This document shows positions 38,761 to 54,150 of a stretch of DNA of 64,000 bases, one piece after another (positions within the stretch are counted from its first letter, which is position 1; each line of letters starts with the position of its first letter). The notes beneath the pieces were generated by a model. That model was not told the origin of the DNA. It did no database searches and worked only from the letters and a program-made list of their open reading frames with translations. The stretch is from assembly GCF_006345805.1 (NCBI RefSeq), contig NC_043008.1, positions 30,752,001 to 30,816,000 of the forward strand. The letters run 5' to 3'. The DNA is from Octopus sinensis (lineage: Eukaryota). Position numbers and translations under genes: made by a program.

Positions 38761-39524
38761 CAACACTTAAGTAAAAGGAAGAAACATTATATTTATAAAG
38801 TACTAACAGAGAGACACGAAGAAATAAGCATCGTTCGTTATATTCTGAAAGAGGCTTTTGAAGAGAGGTCTAGTCATCATAAAGATTACAGAAGGTTGCA
38901 TCTTCTATCCATTTCGTCTGTCCCTAATTTCTCTCTTCTCTGTCATTGTTCCACGCATATTCTCATGTTATATATGAACCTTTCTCTTTGCCACTTTCTC
39001 TCTCTCTCTCCCTCTCTCTTTCTCCTTCTGTCTTTCTTTCTTTCCCTTTGAACGTGTGTGTATGTGTGTTTATATAATATACACATGTCTTTTCATAACA
39101 TTACCTGTCTAATCCCCCTTTCGTCTTTGCAGGTCTTCCGTAATTCACAAAATTTCATTCTTTCTCACACATTTTACCAGTACTGAATTTTGTTATAGTC
39201 TTATCGCAGAATTACTTGTTGCACAAGATACTGAGCGTTCTCCCTTTTTCACTCGGTACCTTTCCCTCTAAAAATCCCCATTCTCTTTCTTTCTAACTAT
39301 TCTACCTTTCTTTTTTATTTACTTCTCTAGAAATTCACTAAGCCCTTCATTCTCTATGAAGCATAGGCCATAGACAACTTTACTTCACTCTTCTCGACTC
39401 TGGAACGTGAATTTGATTCATACGCAAGCACGCATGTGTCTTTGTGTATATGTGTCTGTCTACATGTGTGTGTGTTAAAATTCGTTTCAAATATTGGCAC
39501 AAGGCGGACATGTTCGGCAGAGTG

Positions 39525-39860
39525 AGCAAATGACCGACTGATACACTTTTATTGACCCTGAAAAGATGAAAGGCAAAGTCGACCTCGATGGAATTTGAAC
39601 GCAGAACGTAAAGACTGCTGCAAAGCATTTTGCTCAGTATATTAACGATTCTCTCAACGGGCCACCTAATAATATTGATTTCAAGTTTTGTCACAAGACT
39701 ACCAATTTTGTAGAAGGGAGTAAGTCGATTACACCGACTCCAAATACTCAACTGGTATTTATTTTATAGATCTCGAGATGGAATTTGAGCAGAGAAGGTA
39801 AAGACGAATGAAATGCCGAAGGCATTTGTCCGGCGTGCTAACGATTCTTCCAACTGACTA
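39525..39860 (-). mobile_element. Two tandem family Y SINE copies
   Basis: ggcaaagtcgacctcgatggaatttgaac and a second degenerate copy. Confidence 0.65.
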
Positions 39861-40227
39861 ACTCATAAAATTGGAAGGTTAAAATGTTCGCTTTACACCC
39901 ATGAGATCCAGTGTACGATTCCACTGCGTATGTCGAGATGTGTGTGGACCTGATACTTACCCAAGATGCTTTGGTTCAATTCAGGCATACGAGTGAAATA
40001 GGTTAGAAGGAAATGCTATGGGTTCCATATGAATTGACTGTTAATTTAAAGGCCCCAAAGTTGTCGCAAACTGAACTATGCTGACTGTGTTTGGGATTTA
40101 CATTAAGGGCACAGAATTGCTGCGGAATACTCAGCTGCTTCCATGCTAATTCAGTGGGCTAATGCTTCATTTGATTCAACAACTGAAAACTCTTGTCCTT
40201 GCCAGAAATTCCAACAAATGTACACAA

Positions 40228-40299
<72 letters not shown>

Positions 40300-40415
40300 G
40301 TTGTTGTTGTTATACTTATATACTCACACGCAGACATATGTATATGTGCGCATGTATGCAAGTGTGTGTATGTCACTGTGTATATATACCTACATTCATA
40401 TATATATATATATAT

Positions 40416-40450
<35 letters not shown>

Positions 40451-41524
40451 TATACATGCATGCACACATACATACATACCTGCATACGCAAGCGCGTATA
40501 TATGTGTATTAAAATATTGAAATTATCATCACAAATAGAAGTAGTGTCGCATAAAATATATAATTTTAATTTCTATAATATACTGACATATATGTATGCA
40601 TGCATGCAAAAATGTATGTGTGTATACATATATACACATGTACATACACATATATAGTACATATGCATATGTATATATACCTATATTTTTTTATATATTT
40701 ATGCATATACTTATGTACATTTATATGATATTCGAAAACACATAAATACGTACATACATACATACACATACACACAGACACACACATACGCTCGAACACC
40801 CATTATACACACACAAACACACATACACATACGCTCACATTTACACGTATGTGTGTTTACGTGTACGCACGCATGTCCTTTTTCTCTATCTTTGTGTATA
40901 CTTATGTATAGGATGAAGAGGAAGAATGAGGGAGTAAGCGTAGAAGAAAAGACACACATTTTTAGCCATTTCTTTACATTAGTAAAATTGTTCAGTTTTC
41001 GTGAACAAGCCATCAAATTGTGGAAAATTGCTTGGTTTTCGTGAACAAGCTATCAAATATGACAAGTGCGATGTTTACAGTTATATAGTGTTTTGATTTA
41101 TTTATTCATTTCTATTTTTCTCTTCTGCAATTTCCAAATACACTAGATTTCAGTTTTCCACCTACCTACAATGGATTTTTGAAAACTTACGAGCGAGTGA
41201 CTTGTTTGTGATGTTTTCTATTTATTTGTGATTTTCTCCAAGATGTATGTCTTTTCTGTTTGTAGTGGCTGTAAATGCACTTGATGTGTGCTGTCTGCAA
41301 TATTTATTTTGTTTTGTCTTTTTCGTGTGGTTTTATATTGCAATATTTTAACATTAGCATCAGTGACTGCGTGTTTCCAATCACTGGTTTCCTGCTCTAA
41401 TCACTGGTTTCCTGTATCTCTGACGAGATGACGATGGGGTTTCTGTAATTATATGCAAAACAAATATCACAAAGAGGTCTGTTCGAAAAGCGCTAGTTAT
41501 TTTTATTGATATTAGAAGACTCTA

Positions 41525-41960
41525 AGGCGACAAGCTGGCAGAATTGTTAACGCGTCGGAAAGAATGCATAGCGGCATTTCTTCCAATTTTACATTCTGAG
41601 TTCAAATGCCACCGGGATCGATTTTTGCCTTTCGGGGTCGATAAAATAAGTACCAGTTGAAGATTGGTGTAGAAGTAATCGACTTACACCAAAATTGCTG
41701 ACTTTGTACAAAATTTGAAAGTGATATTAAAAGACTCAGTTCTGGAAGTGAGCTGGTAGAATCGTTAGCATACTGGACAAATGCTTAACGGCATTTCTTC
41801 CGGTTTTACACACTGAGTTAATATTCCTCCGTGGTTGACTTCACTTTTTATCCTTTAGTGGGGTAGTCAGTGAAAAAAGTACCTATCAAGTACTGGGATC
41901 GATGTAATCAACTAGCTCCTCTCCATAAAATTTCAGACCTTGTACCTACAGTAGAAAGGA
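41525..41960 (+). mobile_element. Two tandem family Y SINE copies
   Basis: aaggcgacaagctggcagaattgtta..ctgagttcaaat.., repeated at ~41740. Confidence 0.7.
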
Positions 41961-42073
41961 TATTAAGGGATTCAGTTCACAGTAGCCAATAAGAGTCATT
42001 GTTCTCGCGAACCATGACTTTTCAAAGAATTAACTGTAAAAACTGAGAACATGTTATCTTTTTCTATTTATTG

Positions 42074-42540
<467 letters not shown>

Positions 42541-42844
42541 TGAGGACAATTTAAGTCGTAAGAAATCGCTAGGACTAATAATGATTGATGGATGCTGTTT
42601 TATTCTATTTTCATCATATACACACATATTTTCTTCGGGTAGCATACCTAGGATATTATCGACTTTATCCTTCCTTGATTTGCGAGATATTTAGTTAACC
42701 TCAGTCAGCTCTACCATAGAAACATCTAATCCAGGTGAAATAATTTCTGTCATGTCTTCTCAACTCGAAAACTGTGATAAGCTTCTAAACGCTGTCATAA
42801 TTGCCAAACTACAAGACTGAATATGAAAAGTAGAACAGAATTCA

Positions 42845-43010
42845 GGTTGATGATGATGATGATGATGACGACGACGACAACGACGATGATGATGATGATG
42901 ATGATGATGGGGAGGAGGAGGGGAGGGGAGGGGGAGTGGTAAGGGAGGAGGATGACCACGACGACGATGACGATGGGGAGGAGGATGGGGAGGGGAGGAG
43001 GAGTGACGAC

Positions 43011-43044
<34 letters not shown>

Positions 43045-43150
43045 GGGAGGAGGAGGGGAGGAGGGGTGACCACGACGACGACGATGATGATGGGGAGGAG
43101 GATGAGGACGACGACAATGACCAAGACATCTTCGACGATGAGAAAGAAGG
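42845..43150. repeat. GAT/GAC/GAG compound repeat with higher-order duplication
   Basis: ggggaggagg..tgaccacgacgacg..gatggggaggaggatg block occurs twice. Confidence 0.85.
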
Positions 43151-43769
43151 GGAGGACTGCGAAAATGGTTATGATTATAACGATTTATATACTGAATATT
43201 AATACGTAAAAGACAAACTTGTATGTGATGTTTACTGCAGTCATGTGGGCGAAACTGAAAGTAGAAATTTATCAAATGCACAAGCAGAAGTTAAGTAAAT
43301 TACAGAAGGAGAATTAAAATAGGAGTGGGTTGAAGGTTGAGGTCCTTATTTAACCGGCCGCAGTAGCAGGTAACAAAGAAAGTAAAGAATTCATGAACTT
43401 GGGAGAATTAGAATTATAGAGATTTGAAGCAAGATGTGGTAGAATTTTCGAAGTAGCAGACTAACAATTTGAAAGAGACAGTAGGAAACAACGATGAATT
43501 CCATTTCCACATAATCAACTTATTTATACGAGGACCAAGACATTATGTGTCATATAGAGTTAAGCTAATTAACTGCCTTGAAGCTCTTTCTTGAAATTAC
43601 AAACTGAAGATTACCGAGGTCAAAGAAAATCCATGAAATCATGTTTTTATACAAGTAAAAACGCTGTAAATAAGGAATTTAAACAATTAATAATTTTATA
43701 CTAAACTACATGTTTATTTCATTTATTCCTTACTCAAATAAATGCGACTTCCCATATCTCAGCATAATT

Positions 43770-43970
43770 GGGAACTACCACCTTGACGACCTGGAGTATG
43801 CAGACGATTCCACCCTGTTCATCAACTCGATCGACCAGCTCAGGGACGCACTGACCATATACAGAGGAGGACCAAGCTTTGCTGGTGAGGTAAGTTGGCC
43901 GAAGACCAAGCTGATGTATGTCGGAAATGGCCTGGACCTTCCCCTTCTCCATATTGACCCCAACCCCACT
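43770..43970 (+). mobile_element. RTE-like LINE RT fragment
   Basis: GNYHLDDLEYADDSTL...VSWPKTKLM (YADD motif). Confidence 0.7.
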
Positions 43971-44968
43971 AAACAAAAGTATAATGCAAACAAAAGAAGC
44001 ATATCTCAATATGTCAAGAAATGTGAAGTCTTAGCTCTATGTAACAGTTCCTATGGTTCTTGCAGGCTTTTCGAAATTGGTTGGTGAGATCGATGCAATT
44101 CATTTTCAATGTCAGGATCTATATAAAACCTATCAGAGTACAAATCATAGCAGGGTTGAATTCCTTAGAATTTCGGGTTTTATTCTGAATATCTAGAAAT
44201 TACTAATGCGATGTAAGACATCGTGAGTATTGCATGAAATGTTGAGACATTAATGGTAAGCGAGTAGAGAGGCAATATGAAGTTTGTGAGCCAGTGTTCA
44301 ATGATAAAGACGATGTCAAGGAAGACACAGATAACACTGATAAAGAGAATTAGGGTGATGGACAAGAAAAAGAGCTAGCGTTATAAAATATTTGTAACAT
44401 TTCATTAATATGTGTGGCATTTCTGAAAATATCTACGTATGTGTGTGTGTCGAGTTTTCTACTTATGTGGTTGGTGCTTGTGTGCAGCAAGCTTTGTCCT
44501 CATTTACTAGACGATAATAATCGTTCTCTTTTCATATGTTTTATGTATGTGTGTGTGTGTATCAGAGAGAGAGAGAGAGAGAGTGTGTGTGTGTGTGTGT
44601 GTATCAGAGAGAGAGAGAGAGAGAGAGAGTGTGTGTGTGTATCAGAGAGAGAGAGAGTGTTGTGTGTGTATGCATGCATGTGTGTGCATATATATATATA
44701 TATATACAAAGAGAGAGAATGTGTATCAGAGAGAGAGAAAGAAAGTCAGAGACAGAGAGAGACAGAGAGAGAAGAAGAGAGGAAGGGAGACAGGAAGACA
44801 GAGAGATGGAGCGTAATATATATACATATATATATATAGGCATGCAAATGACAGAACGGGTTCATAGTACTTGCCTGTTTTTGTAACTGTTTATGTCTAC
44901 GTGTGCATATACATACATATATATATATGTGTGTATGTATGTATGTATATATGTATATACACACATGC

Positions 44969-45004
<36 letters not shown>

Positions 45005-45920
45005 ATGTATGTATATATGTATATACACACATGCATATATATATATATACATTCATACATATATATATATACACATATTTTGTATGCCAGAGTGGGTATC
45101 AATTATGTATAGATATATATATATATATACACACACACACATATATATATTCATGTGTTGTGTGTATGTGTATCATACACATATGTATATCGGGAGCTCA
45201 ACATGTATGTCTATATATATAAATATATAAATCCATACATACATATATACATACAGGCATACATGTACATAGTACCTGCACATATACATACAGACAGAAA
45301 ATAGAACAGTGAAAGACTGACTGAAAGAGGAAGAATAGTAAAATAAAGGAAGGAAAATAGGAATTGAATCGAAAGAGAAATAAAGAAAGGGAAAAAAATC
45401 AAAGTAGTCATTATTTGGAAAAATACCTTTTCATCATTATTTCAGGTAATCTTTGCAACATTGCATGTGAACATTATAGAAAATCTGTAAAGAACACAAT
45501 TGAGCGAATGAAACCTCATTCTAACTAAACAAAACGGGTCACTGCGAATCAGCTAAAATCTAGAGGACAGCAAGTGCATAGTACTGTAGGAATTTATTCT
45601 CAACTAAAGAGTTGTAACTAATCTAAATGTGCAAACAGTCTCTATAGAAATTTATTATAAGCAATAAGGATGCAATTGTACCCAAAATTTGTATGAAGAT
45701 GTCGATAACAAAATGCACCTGTAAGCTATTATGAATCAATATCCAACGTTCACAACATTCAAAGATGTGTATTGAATTTTAGCCTACCTTCTATTTAAAA
45801 GACTTCGAAATAGAAATTGAACACACACACACACAGACAGACTAACATATTTGTATATATGTCTGTGCATGTCAGCGTGTGTCCTTGTATGCGTGCATGT
45901 GCTTGTTGTTTGTGTGTGCG

Positions 45921-45972
<52 letters not shown>

Positions 45973-47739
45973 TGTGTGTCTGCGTGCGTGTGTGTGTGAA
46001 TTATATGGAACTGATGATTTTTTTTTTTCCCAGTCGCAACTCTGAGTTTTTTACGTTGAATTAATGGTACACACATGTTTAATCGTTGAAAAGATGTGAA
46101 ACCGAGAAACGTTTGAAATGATTCACCAACCCGCAGTTGTTAAATAATAATAAAAAAAAGTAAATAGAAACTTTATTTAAAGCATTGTTATTTGTACTAT
46201 GTACAGCAAGCTCTGAAAAGGAAATTTGCATATTTTTCTTAATAAACTTCGACATATTAAAACGCAAATATGCTAGTCGCTGTTGTGTACATCACAGGAG
46301 AGCAACGTTTCCCTTTTACGATTAAAATATGTTCATATCACACTCGATTCATTGGTGGAAAAGAAAATTTACTCTCCTGTAACTTAGACAACAGCTACTA
46401 GCATATATTCTTGTCAATTTGTTAGAACGTATTAAGACTGAATGTATAAATTATCGTTAAATAAAATATATGCCACAATTTATGTAGTGTAATTTCTATA
46501 ATACTCCATCTGTATTATAGCTTCAGGTATTTGCCTGTAATTTCGTGTGCTCTTGTATGCGTAAATAACTGCCTTGGTACTAGACTCGAGAACCCTAGCT
46601 TCACTGAACCAGAAAGTGCATTCCTAATTAAGAAGTTACAGTTACGAATTATTAATGGAACTGTGAGAATATGTCAAATATTTTCAGGAGTTTATCATGC
46701 GTATCTATAAAACTTTAGGTGTGTGTATACATAACACAAAACATACAGATACACATGCAATAGCAAACTAACCAGCACACATAGATATCTGTTCAGATAC
46801 GCAGATATATACATATATATGCTCATACACATATACATTCATGAATGCATACATACATATGTACGTACGCACATACATATATACGCATACATACATACAC
46901 ACATACATACATACATACATTCATACATACATAGCAGTGAGGTGGAAAGGTGTTCTTCAGAAAACATTCCCTTTCTGATAACGAACAAAGGTTACACTTC
47001 AAGGGAAATCATAAGTCATCAGTTGAAAGTTGTATACATATTAACAGAAGATCATAAATGTCAGAAAGATTCAAAGTCATAGAAACATTAAATAACCAGA
47101 TTAGTCTATCTTGGTATATTAGCTCTCACTTTGAAGGTTATGCTTTCACAGTTTACGAGCGAGAGAAAAACATCAAAATACCCGTTATGCAGAGAGTATA
47201 TGGTTACAGGTGAAATATCTAGATGCAACAACAGATGCAGACTGAAATTCACGCCGGAGATAATAGCATATGTTGCAAAATATCATTACCGCGCTATTCA
47301 TCTGTGAGGTGACAGGTCGTTCCTCAAAACCTTATAAAATGTAATCCGCTAAAAGCTAACCTTGAAGATAAAAATAGGGAAAATTCAAGTAAAATGAGAG
47401 GCGCAATTATTCACAGTAGGAAAATACATGTGCATTGTTCCTTCTAAGACTTCAATAAGGCATAAACTTGGTATCCCATATGGGACTGTGTAATGTAGGT
47501 GTGCAACGTTGTGGAAAACAGGCATTACTAAAATGTCAAAATTTAATCCGAATGAAAATATCTGTGCCGAACAAATGAGGAATCTGCCGGTATTCTATCT
47601 TGTCAGCACCTTTAAATTAAAATCTGTAATTATTAGAGTTCATGAATATTTACATGACCCAACAGTAATCTTTAGAAGGTGAGCTTCAGGAAACAAGAAA
47701 GGATACGCTTAATTTGAAAATTATATTTACATATTATTT

Positions 47740-48906
47740 ATAGAGTACCCAACAGAAACTGGAATTTTGTAATATTTTTATTCGCTTAGTTTTACATGTT
47801 TACACTTTTATCGCTTTCAAAGTATTCTCCATTTGAAGCAATGCATCACTCCAGACGCGTTTCCCACTATTTGAAGCAATTCTAGAACTCTAGCGAAGTG
47901 TTGCCTTTTAACGCCTCCGTCATTTTCCTTCGGCTCTTCGACACCTGCAAAACGTTTTCCTTTCAGGACTTTTTTCATTCGGCGGAACAAAAAAAAAGCT
48001 GCAGGGAGCAAAATCGGGTGGTCAAACGGAGACATCGTAATTTTGGCCCCAAACTGTCGCACACACAAAGCAGTGTGCAAGGATGCATTGCCGTGATGAA
48101 ATCACCACTCTCCACTTTGCCACAGGTCAGGGCGTTTTCATCTCGCCATGCCTCGCAAATACTTCAGAACCGCAAAGTAAAATGTCGGGTTAACAGTTTG
48201 ACCATGAGAAACAAATTCTTTTCGCATCGATAAAACAAAACAGCATCGTTTTGGCATTGAACTTCACTTGAAGCACATTTTTTAGGGGGGGGGTGACATT
48301 GAATATTTTCATTGACATTATTATTGCTTCGTTTCAGTGATGCCATTCGAAAAAACGTTCGGATCAACTTCCAACTATTCTTTCAGTTCACGACACGCAT
48401 TCATTTGCTGCAGCTCTTTTCAGTCGCAATTCCTCGCCACAAATTTGTTCTGAGGGGCTCCAGGATACACCAGTCATATCAACAAGTTCGTCAATTGTTC
48501 GATGATATCATTTTCATGATCTTTACACACGTTTGGGAGGTCGACGGACGCCCTGAACGAGGTTCGACTCCAAGCGACAAGTAACCATTCCTAAAGTGTG
48601 AAAAACACTTGTAAAAGTGTGTGTTGCTCGTGACAGCGACGTTGTAAGCTGTTTCCCCAACAGAAAAAAAGAATTTCACTGAAGCCCGCCGTCCCTTCGT
48701 TTCAGCCATCGTAAAAATCGAGGAACAGGGGAGAAGCACTGCAAAACAAAGATGCACCACGTAGCGGTATCAAAGCAGTCGACGATGCCGGTCGGCAGAC
48801 TAATGCCTGAAGGTCGCGTCAAGTGGCTTCTTGCGGCGGAAGCCTGAACTTCAGCGGGTTTGTCCCACAGAGAACCCTTCTGGTTACTTTTGGATACCAC
48901 CTCTTA
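47740..48906 (-). mobile_element. Decayed mariner (Tc1/mariner) element copy 1
   Basis: Transposase relics (ASVKFFF, GYLSLGVEPRSGRPS, ITMSPFDHPILLPAAFFLF ~ PYSPDLAP region); degenerate TIRs ..gtacccaacagaaactggaat / ..ggttacttttggataccac; TA flanks. Confidence 0.75.
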
Positions 48907-49511
48907 TATATGAAACACTCCTGAATTTAGGATTTGGTGAAAATTATATATTCACGTAAACATTTGAGTATCTACGCATACGTAAGTCAACGTATACAAT
49001 GACATTCACGCTAGCAATACACTCACGTGTGTGTACAGATGCATACGTTCTGATATGCAGGGATATATGGCAACCTAGAGCACCAAACTCCAATCAAAGC
49101 AATGCACCATTCTGATTTAGAAACCATCTCTTTTTGTTTCCGTTGCTGAGAGATTTCAAAAAGCAAGTCTGCCTATATTAATTCATACATGCATACATGA
49201 TTTCATACATAAATACATCCATCCATCCATCCATACATACATACATACATACATACATACATTCATACATACATACATACATGCATACATACATACATAC
49301 ATAATACGTTCATGCATACATAAACACATACATGCATATACGTAAATGGAACTGTTTTGACAGACTTGACAAAAATGCTTCGTCGCTTTGTTGGTGACCG
49401 GCTTTAAATCTTAAGAATTAAAAGAAATCTCAAAGGTAATCCTACAATATGAATAATTACATACATAACACATCATAATATACATACACACACATATGCA
49501 CATAATTATAC

Positions 49512-49552
<41 letters not shown>

Positions 49553-50973
49553 CTTCTCTCTCTCTCTACATTGCACACATAAAAATATGTATAGACATAT
49601 AAGGATATAAAATATATGAATTATGCACGTATATATTTATGTACGCATGACCATATATGTAACTATACACATATGTATGTGTGTGTGTGTGTGTATCATA
49701 TGCTTGTTTTGTGTCTCTGTCTTGTGTAAAACATTTAAATCCAACGAAAATATTTAACCTACATTGTAGATATACCTAATCAATAATATTGTCTATATCT
49801 AGACAGTTTAGCTCTAAGTTTATAAGCAGAGTGTTTATTCAAAATCTCTTTCCGTATTCGTGGCCGAACAGTCATTCAAGTGGTAAAGCTATGAATCAAA
49901 ATATAAATCCGATAATAATGATAAAGGCTTCTTGAATTCAAGCAATTTGTTTAGATTTACTATAATGTGGTTTCTGTTGCCTCTGGCGTTATTGTTTAAC
50001 ACCACGTCCACTGTGATTCATTAAATTTATGACCAAATTGTTCTACATACAAGAATGCTGCATTTTAGTGATATTTAGAATTACATTATCCATTGTTTCT
50101 TTCCTTATTTGAGAGGGTGATATGGGTTTGATTTGAAAAAGATTTGGCTACTATTTCTTACTAATTCATTAATCACTTTAAAATCTGTTCATTGACTCAC
50201 ATTTTTTGTGATTGTTGTATTTTCAGTTTAATCTTCACTCCTAACGTAAATCCTAACTTTACTCAACCAGATTTATGTTCAAATGTATTCTGGCTTTGAC
50301 CAATCCGGTTTATTTACGAGTAACAAGTCAACAGTGTCCGATTTGTTCATTTATCCTCGAGGAGGTTGTGCGTGATTTACGAGTGATTTGGACGCATAGA
50401 TGTTCCGCTTTCGATCAACCCGCTTCTTGTGGTTGTACGTATGTACATGTATTGTTGCTTGTCACAGATAAGTCTTACTTCGGTAGATAAAGGGTCAGAG
50501 ATTCCTAAGTAAATCCGGAAATATTAATCTATATCATTGAAATCCTTGTTCATGGTAAAGGATTTTGATTCGAGAACGATTTACAGTTTTAATGATGTAG
50601 CCAAGGCAAATATAAGGCATACAGGGAATTCAAGAAAACAGGTAACACTATACTAATTTTTAGTAGTTTAAGTACAAATGAATGACCCACGATTTTGCAC
50701 GTACATACATATATATAAAAGATTATATATATGTAGTAAAAAGTACTCAGTAATACTTCAGTTTGATGTTAAATAGCTTTTATTTATAACTTCACATAAA
50801 AACTTATATAAAGATAGGTAGAGTGGTACGAATATGCGAAGACAGGTGTGTGAACAACAAGCAAGTGTATTAGAGTGACGCTCAGGAAAAATGAAAAAGT
50901 ATTTTACGTTTCTTCAACAGAAAGGAATAAGAGAAAATAAACAGAGAGGATGAAAAAACTTAGAGATTTCAGT

Positions 50974-51120
<147 letters not shown>

Positions 51121-51123
51121 AGG

Positions 51124-51279
51124 TTCTTAAGGTAGCTAAATGACTCGTTATCTATTTAGTGATCCGCATGAACGGATCAACGAGATTCCCATTGCTCGTA
51201 TCTACTACCTAGCGAAACCACAGCCAGAGGAATGTATTTGGACGGATCGGCATGGAAAGAAAACCCTGTTGAGCTTTGA
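51124..51279 (+). pseudogene. 28S: 28S rRNA gene fragment (~155 bp, degenerate)
   Basis: TCTTAAGGTAGC.AAATG.CTCGT.ATCTA.TTAGTGA..CGCATGAA.GGAT.AACGAGATTCCCA.TG...TATCTACTA.CTAGCGAAACCACAGCCA..GGAA...GGAAAGAA.ACCCTGTTGAGCTT matches the conserved LSU region recalled from memory. Confidence 0.9.
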
Positions 51280-51886
51280 AAGACCGTGGGGAAAACTAAA
51301 TTGCTACCACCCAGTTCAGTACAACAGGCCATTCCATTACCCATTTGCTGTGCAGCAATCATGATACCTTACACTCAATGAAATGGAAAGAATAACGTTT
51401 GATATTCAAAATCGGATCCATGACACCAAAAGGTTTTAATGAATGTTTTTTCCCTTTCAACTCCTTTGAGCACTCCTAATATAGTAATCCCAATTTTATC
51501 CTTCAGTTCCCTTGTAACTATAATTTTCCCACCACTTTCTCTCTAACTTCTCTTTCTCTCCATATTTCTCTTCGCCTCTCCCTCTTTCACCAAGTCCCTC
51601 TCTCCCACTAAGATCAGTCTGCATACGTACGCTCACATTGTTTTGTTGCAACCAGCCGTTCAGTCATAAAGAATGCACAACCCTGCTGCTTTTTCATTTT
51701 CTCATGTCATTCCCATCCATGAAGATGAATACCATGCTACACGGCAATTTTACTTAACTCTCTGTTGCTTCTTCTAAATGATAACAAATGTTTTCCCATG
51801 CAGGCCACAATTTATCTCCTCTATATATGTATTTATATATACATACATACATATATATATATATATAATATATATATATATTATAT

Positions 51887-51920
<34 letters not shown>

Positions 51921-51922
51921 CA

Positions 51923-53075
51923 CTAGCAGCATTGCCCGGGTATGTAAGAGCCCCTAGTAGGCAACGACTAATCCCAATCTAGTCTTTTCCCTCTAGGGAA
52001 CGAAGGCACATGTGTAGGTTGCAATGTCTTCTCTTCACTCCCAAATAACTATCAAGCAGCTATCGATAATTCAACCCAACCAATTCCTACCAAGAAGAAA
52101 TTACTTTCGAGACTTTACTCCCAACACCGCCACTTCTGCTAATAGCTGCTGCAGCCGCAAGTTATTCGAATACTTTCTTTGTTTAAACTTTCTTTATAAC
52201 TACCACCCCAAACGTTTTACTTTAAATTTTTGACGTACCCTAAGGGTCCTCAGACGCTACTTGCAAACTCTTGGTTTATTATAAACCGCTTTTGTCGTAT
52301 GCACCAAAAAACCTTTTCCATTCGTTTGTTCAGTTTGGTCACTTTTGACTTTTTCGTTGTTGTCACTCACATTGCTGCCCGCTTTTTTGCCGTTTTGTAC
52401 ATTTTTATACATTTTAGGATACTTACCCCACGTGTTCAGAGAGTTAAAAAGGTCGAGTTGCGTCCCCTAGACAGTCTGTGGTTTGTGTTTAATACACAAA
52501 TCGGTTTGCTATGTGTGCCACATATGATTTAATTAACCGATTTTTTCCAGTAATAAAGTATCATATTGGAATAAAGAGGGCCATAAAGCTCCTTGGAGCA
52601 GACATGATAATTGCTGTGAATTAAAAAAAAAATTCCTGCCAATTTGTGAAAGATATTGTCGAAAATATGTCATCTTGAATTTGAACGCGATTTCCCAAAA
52701 TGGCATGATTTTATCGATTTTTCTGATGGTAAGGTATTGCATGGAAAACTAACGTCAGAATTAAGTTTTTTAGGGTAACATTAAGCTTCACCATGAGTTT
52801 GGTGAAAATCGATTGCAAGTTGCGAAAACTACAATAGAAAATGTGTTGCATATAAAAAGCTTAGATTCTCAACCCCATGTCGAATTTATCGATTTTTTTC
52901 AGAACTGGGGAAACTTTTCAAAGGTTTCGCTACGTTAGTTTTGAATTATGACATTGGGCTATGTGTGTGTCAAGTTTCATCAGAATCGGTTTAAAGCCGT
53001 GGTTAGGGTGAGGGTACAACCTGACAGACACACAGACACACAGACAGACAAACTGCCGTTTATATATATATATAA
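51923..53075 (-). mobile_element. Non-autonomous Helitron-like element
   Basis: Minus strand starts in (TA)n then aaacggcagtttgtctgtctgtg.. and ends cccgggcaatgctgCTAG|T; no TSD; embedded in (TA)n. Confidence 0.6.
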
Positions 53076-53131
53076 GCCTACTAATCATTGCCCAAAGTAA
53101 TGAATTAAAAGACATAATCACGGATCGAGCT

Positions 53132-53611
53132 ATGGTGCTTAGTAAAAGACAGCCTAAAAACTTGAAAACATTACTAACAAAGGCAAAATTTGACCTTAGC
53201 AACAAAGACCAAACATTCACGGTATCTAAATGCAATGATAGCCGATGTGGCACATGCCAATTCATACATACCGGTCAATATATAAACACAAAAACCGGGA
53301 AAATATTCACAAACGCGAATATGAACTGCAAAAGCAGAAATTTAATTTACTGCATCAAATGCCCAAATTGTGAAGAAATATATGTAGGTCAGACGGGAAA
53401 CGCACTATTAGAACGCTCACGTGTACACCGGCAACAGATTAGAGACCCAGAGGTCCGTATGATACCTTTGAGTAACCACCTAGCAACATGTGGCCGGAAA
53501 ATGTATATAATATTTCCGTTCTACAAATTACACAGCCCAAGTGAAATCGAGAGGAGAATCAGAGAAAAGAATTTTATTGATAAATTCGAACTCAAGCTAA
53601 ATAAGCAATAA
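53132..53611 (+). CDS. Uninterrupted GIY-YIG endonuclease domain (Penelope-type); RT missing, so probably not expressed
   Basis: KRQPKNL linker, CNDSRCGTC, LIYCIKCPNCEEIYVGQTG..LLERSRVH, H, REKNFI..LN. Confidence 0.85.
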   Translation: MVLSKRQPKNLKTLLTKAKFDLSNKDQTFTVSKCNDSRCGTCQFIHTGQYINTKTGKIFTNANMNCKSRNLIYCIKCPNCEEIYVGQTGNALLERSRVHRQQIRDPEVRMIPLSNHLATCGRKMYIIFPFYKLHSPSEIERRIREKNFIDKFELKLNKQ

Positions 53612-54105
53612 TAATAATACTTAGAGGTATTACTTCCACTGCTACGACCATGACCACTAACAACAACAACAATACTAAAGGTGATCAAGATGAAGATAGC
53701 AGGAAAATTATCTTATTTAGGGTTAAAAGTTCTATTGCCACTACCATCACCACTAGCAACAATAATTAAGATGCTGACAATGATGATGATGACAATTGAA
53801 ATATAAAAATATAAAAATCTCTGACAAAGGATATTTACAACATTTCTAAAAATAACCCAATAATTGCTGCTTCGGCCAGGGTCAAGATACAGGACTCTTG
53901 ACATGTCCAACAAAGCGTGATGCCTAAACCAATCAGCTCAACCAACCAATCAGCTTAAGTAATTGAGTGATACTACACACTGATTGGTCAGAATACAGTT
54001 TGCAAAACCTAGCACTCTGGAGCCTACCCAGCTGTATTTATAGCACAGAATCAATCATCTTGCTACAGTCAAAAATTGTGAAGCATGACTGTCACCACTA
54101 CTACA

Positions 54106-54150
54106 TGAACCCGAAGATTGCAGAATTCAATGCATGAAAGTACTAGTTCA
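54106..54150 (+). ncRNA. Degenerate minimal type I hammerhead motif
   Basis: Stem I TGAAC/GTTCA; core CCGAAGA (U4 to C); stem II TGCA/TGCA with a T-T closing mismatch; GAAA; palindromic stem III A-GTAC-T; CUA triplet. Confidence 0.55.

Noticed and set aside
41428-41500. CTGACGAG...CGAAAAGCGCTA hammerhead-like string
   Set aside because: Extra A in the core and no convincing stem I or II; at best an unprovable relic
44180-44365. Hydrophobic minus-strand ORF resembling a GPCR TM segment, with a branch-point/acceptor-like signal
   Set aside because: The plus strand is purine-rich and acidic-coding, which generates hydrophobic antisense ORFs; stops on both sides; no DRY or other family motif
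47120-47330. Weak cadherin/Calx-beta-like words (YAFTVYE, ATTDAD)
   Set aside because: Needs frameshifts, contains stops, and has no supporting neighbouring exons
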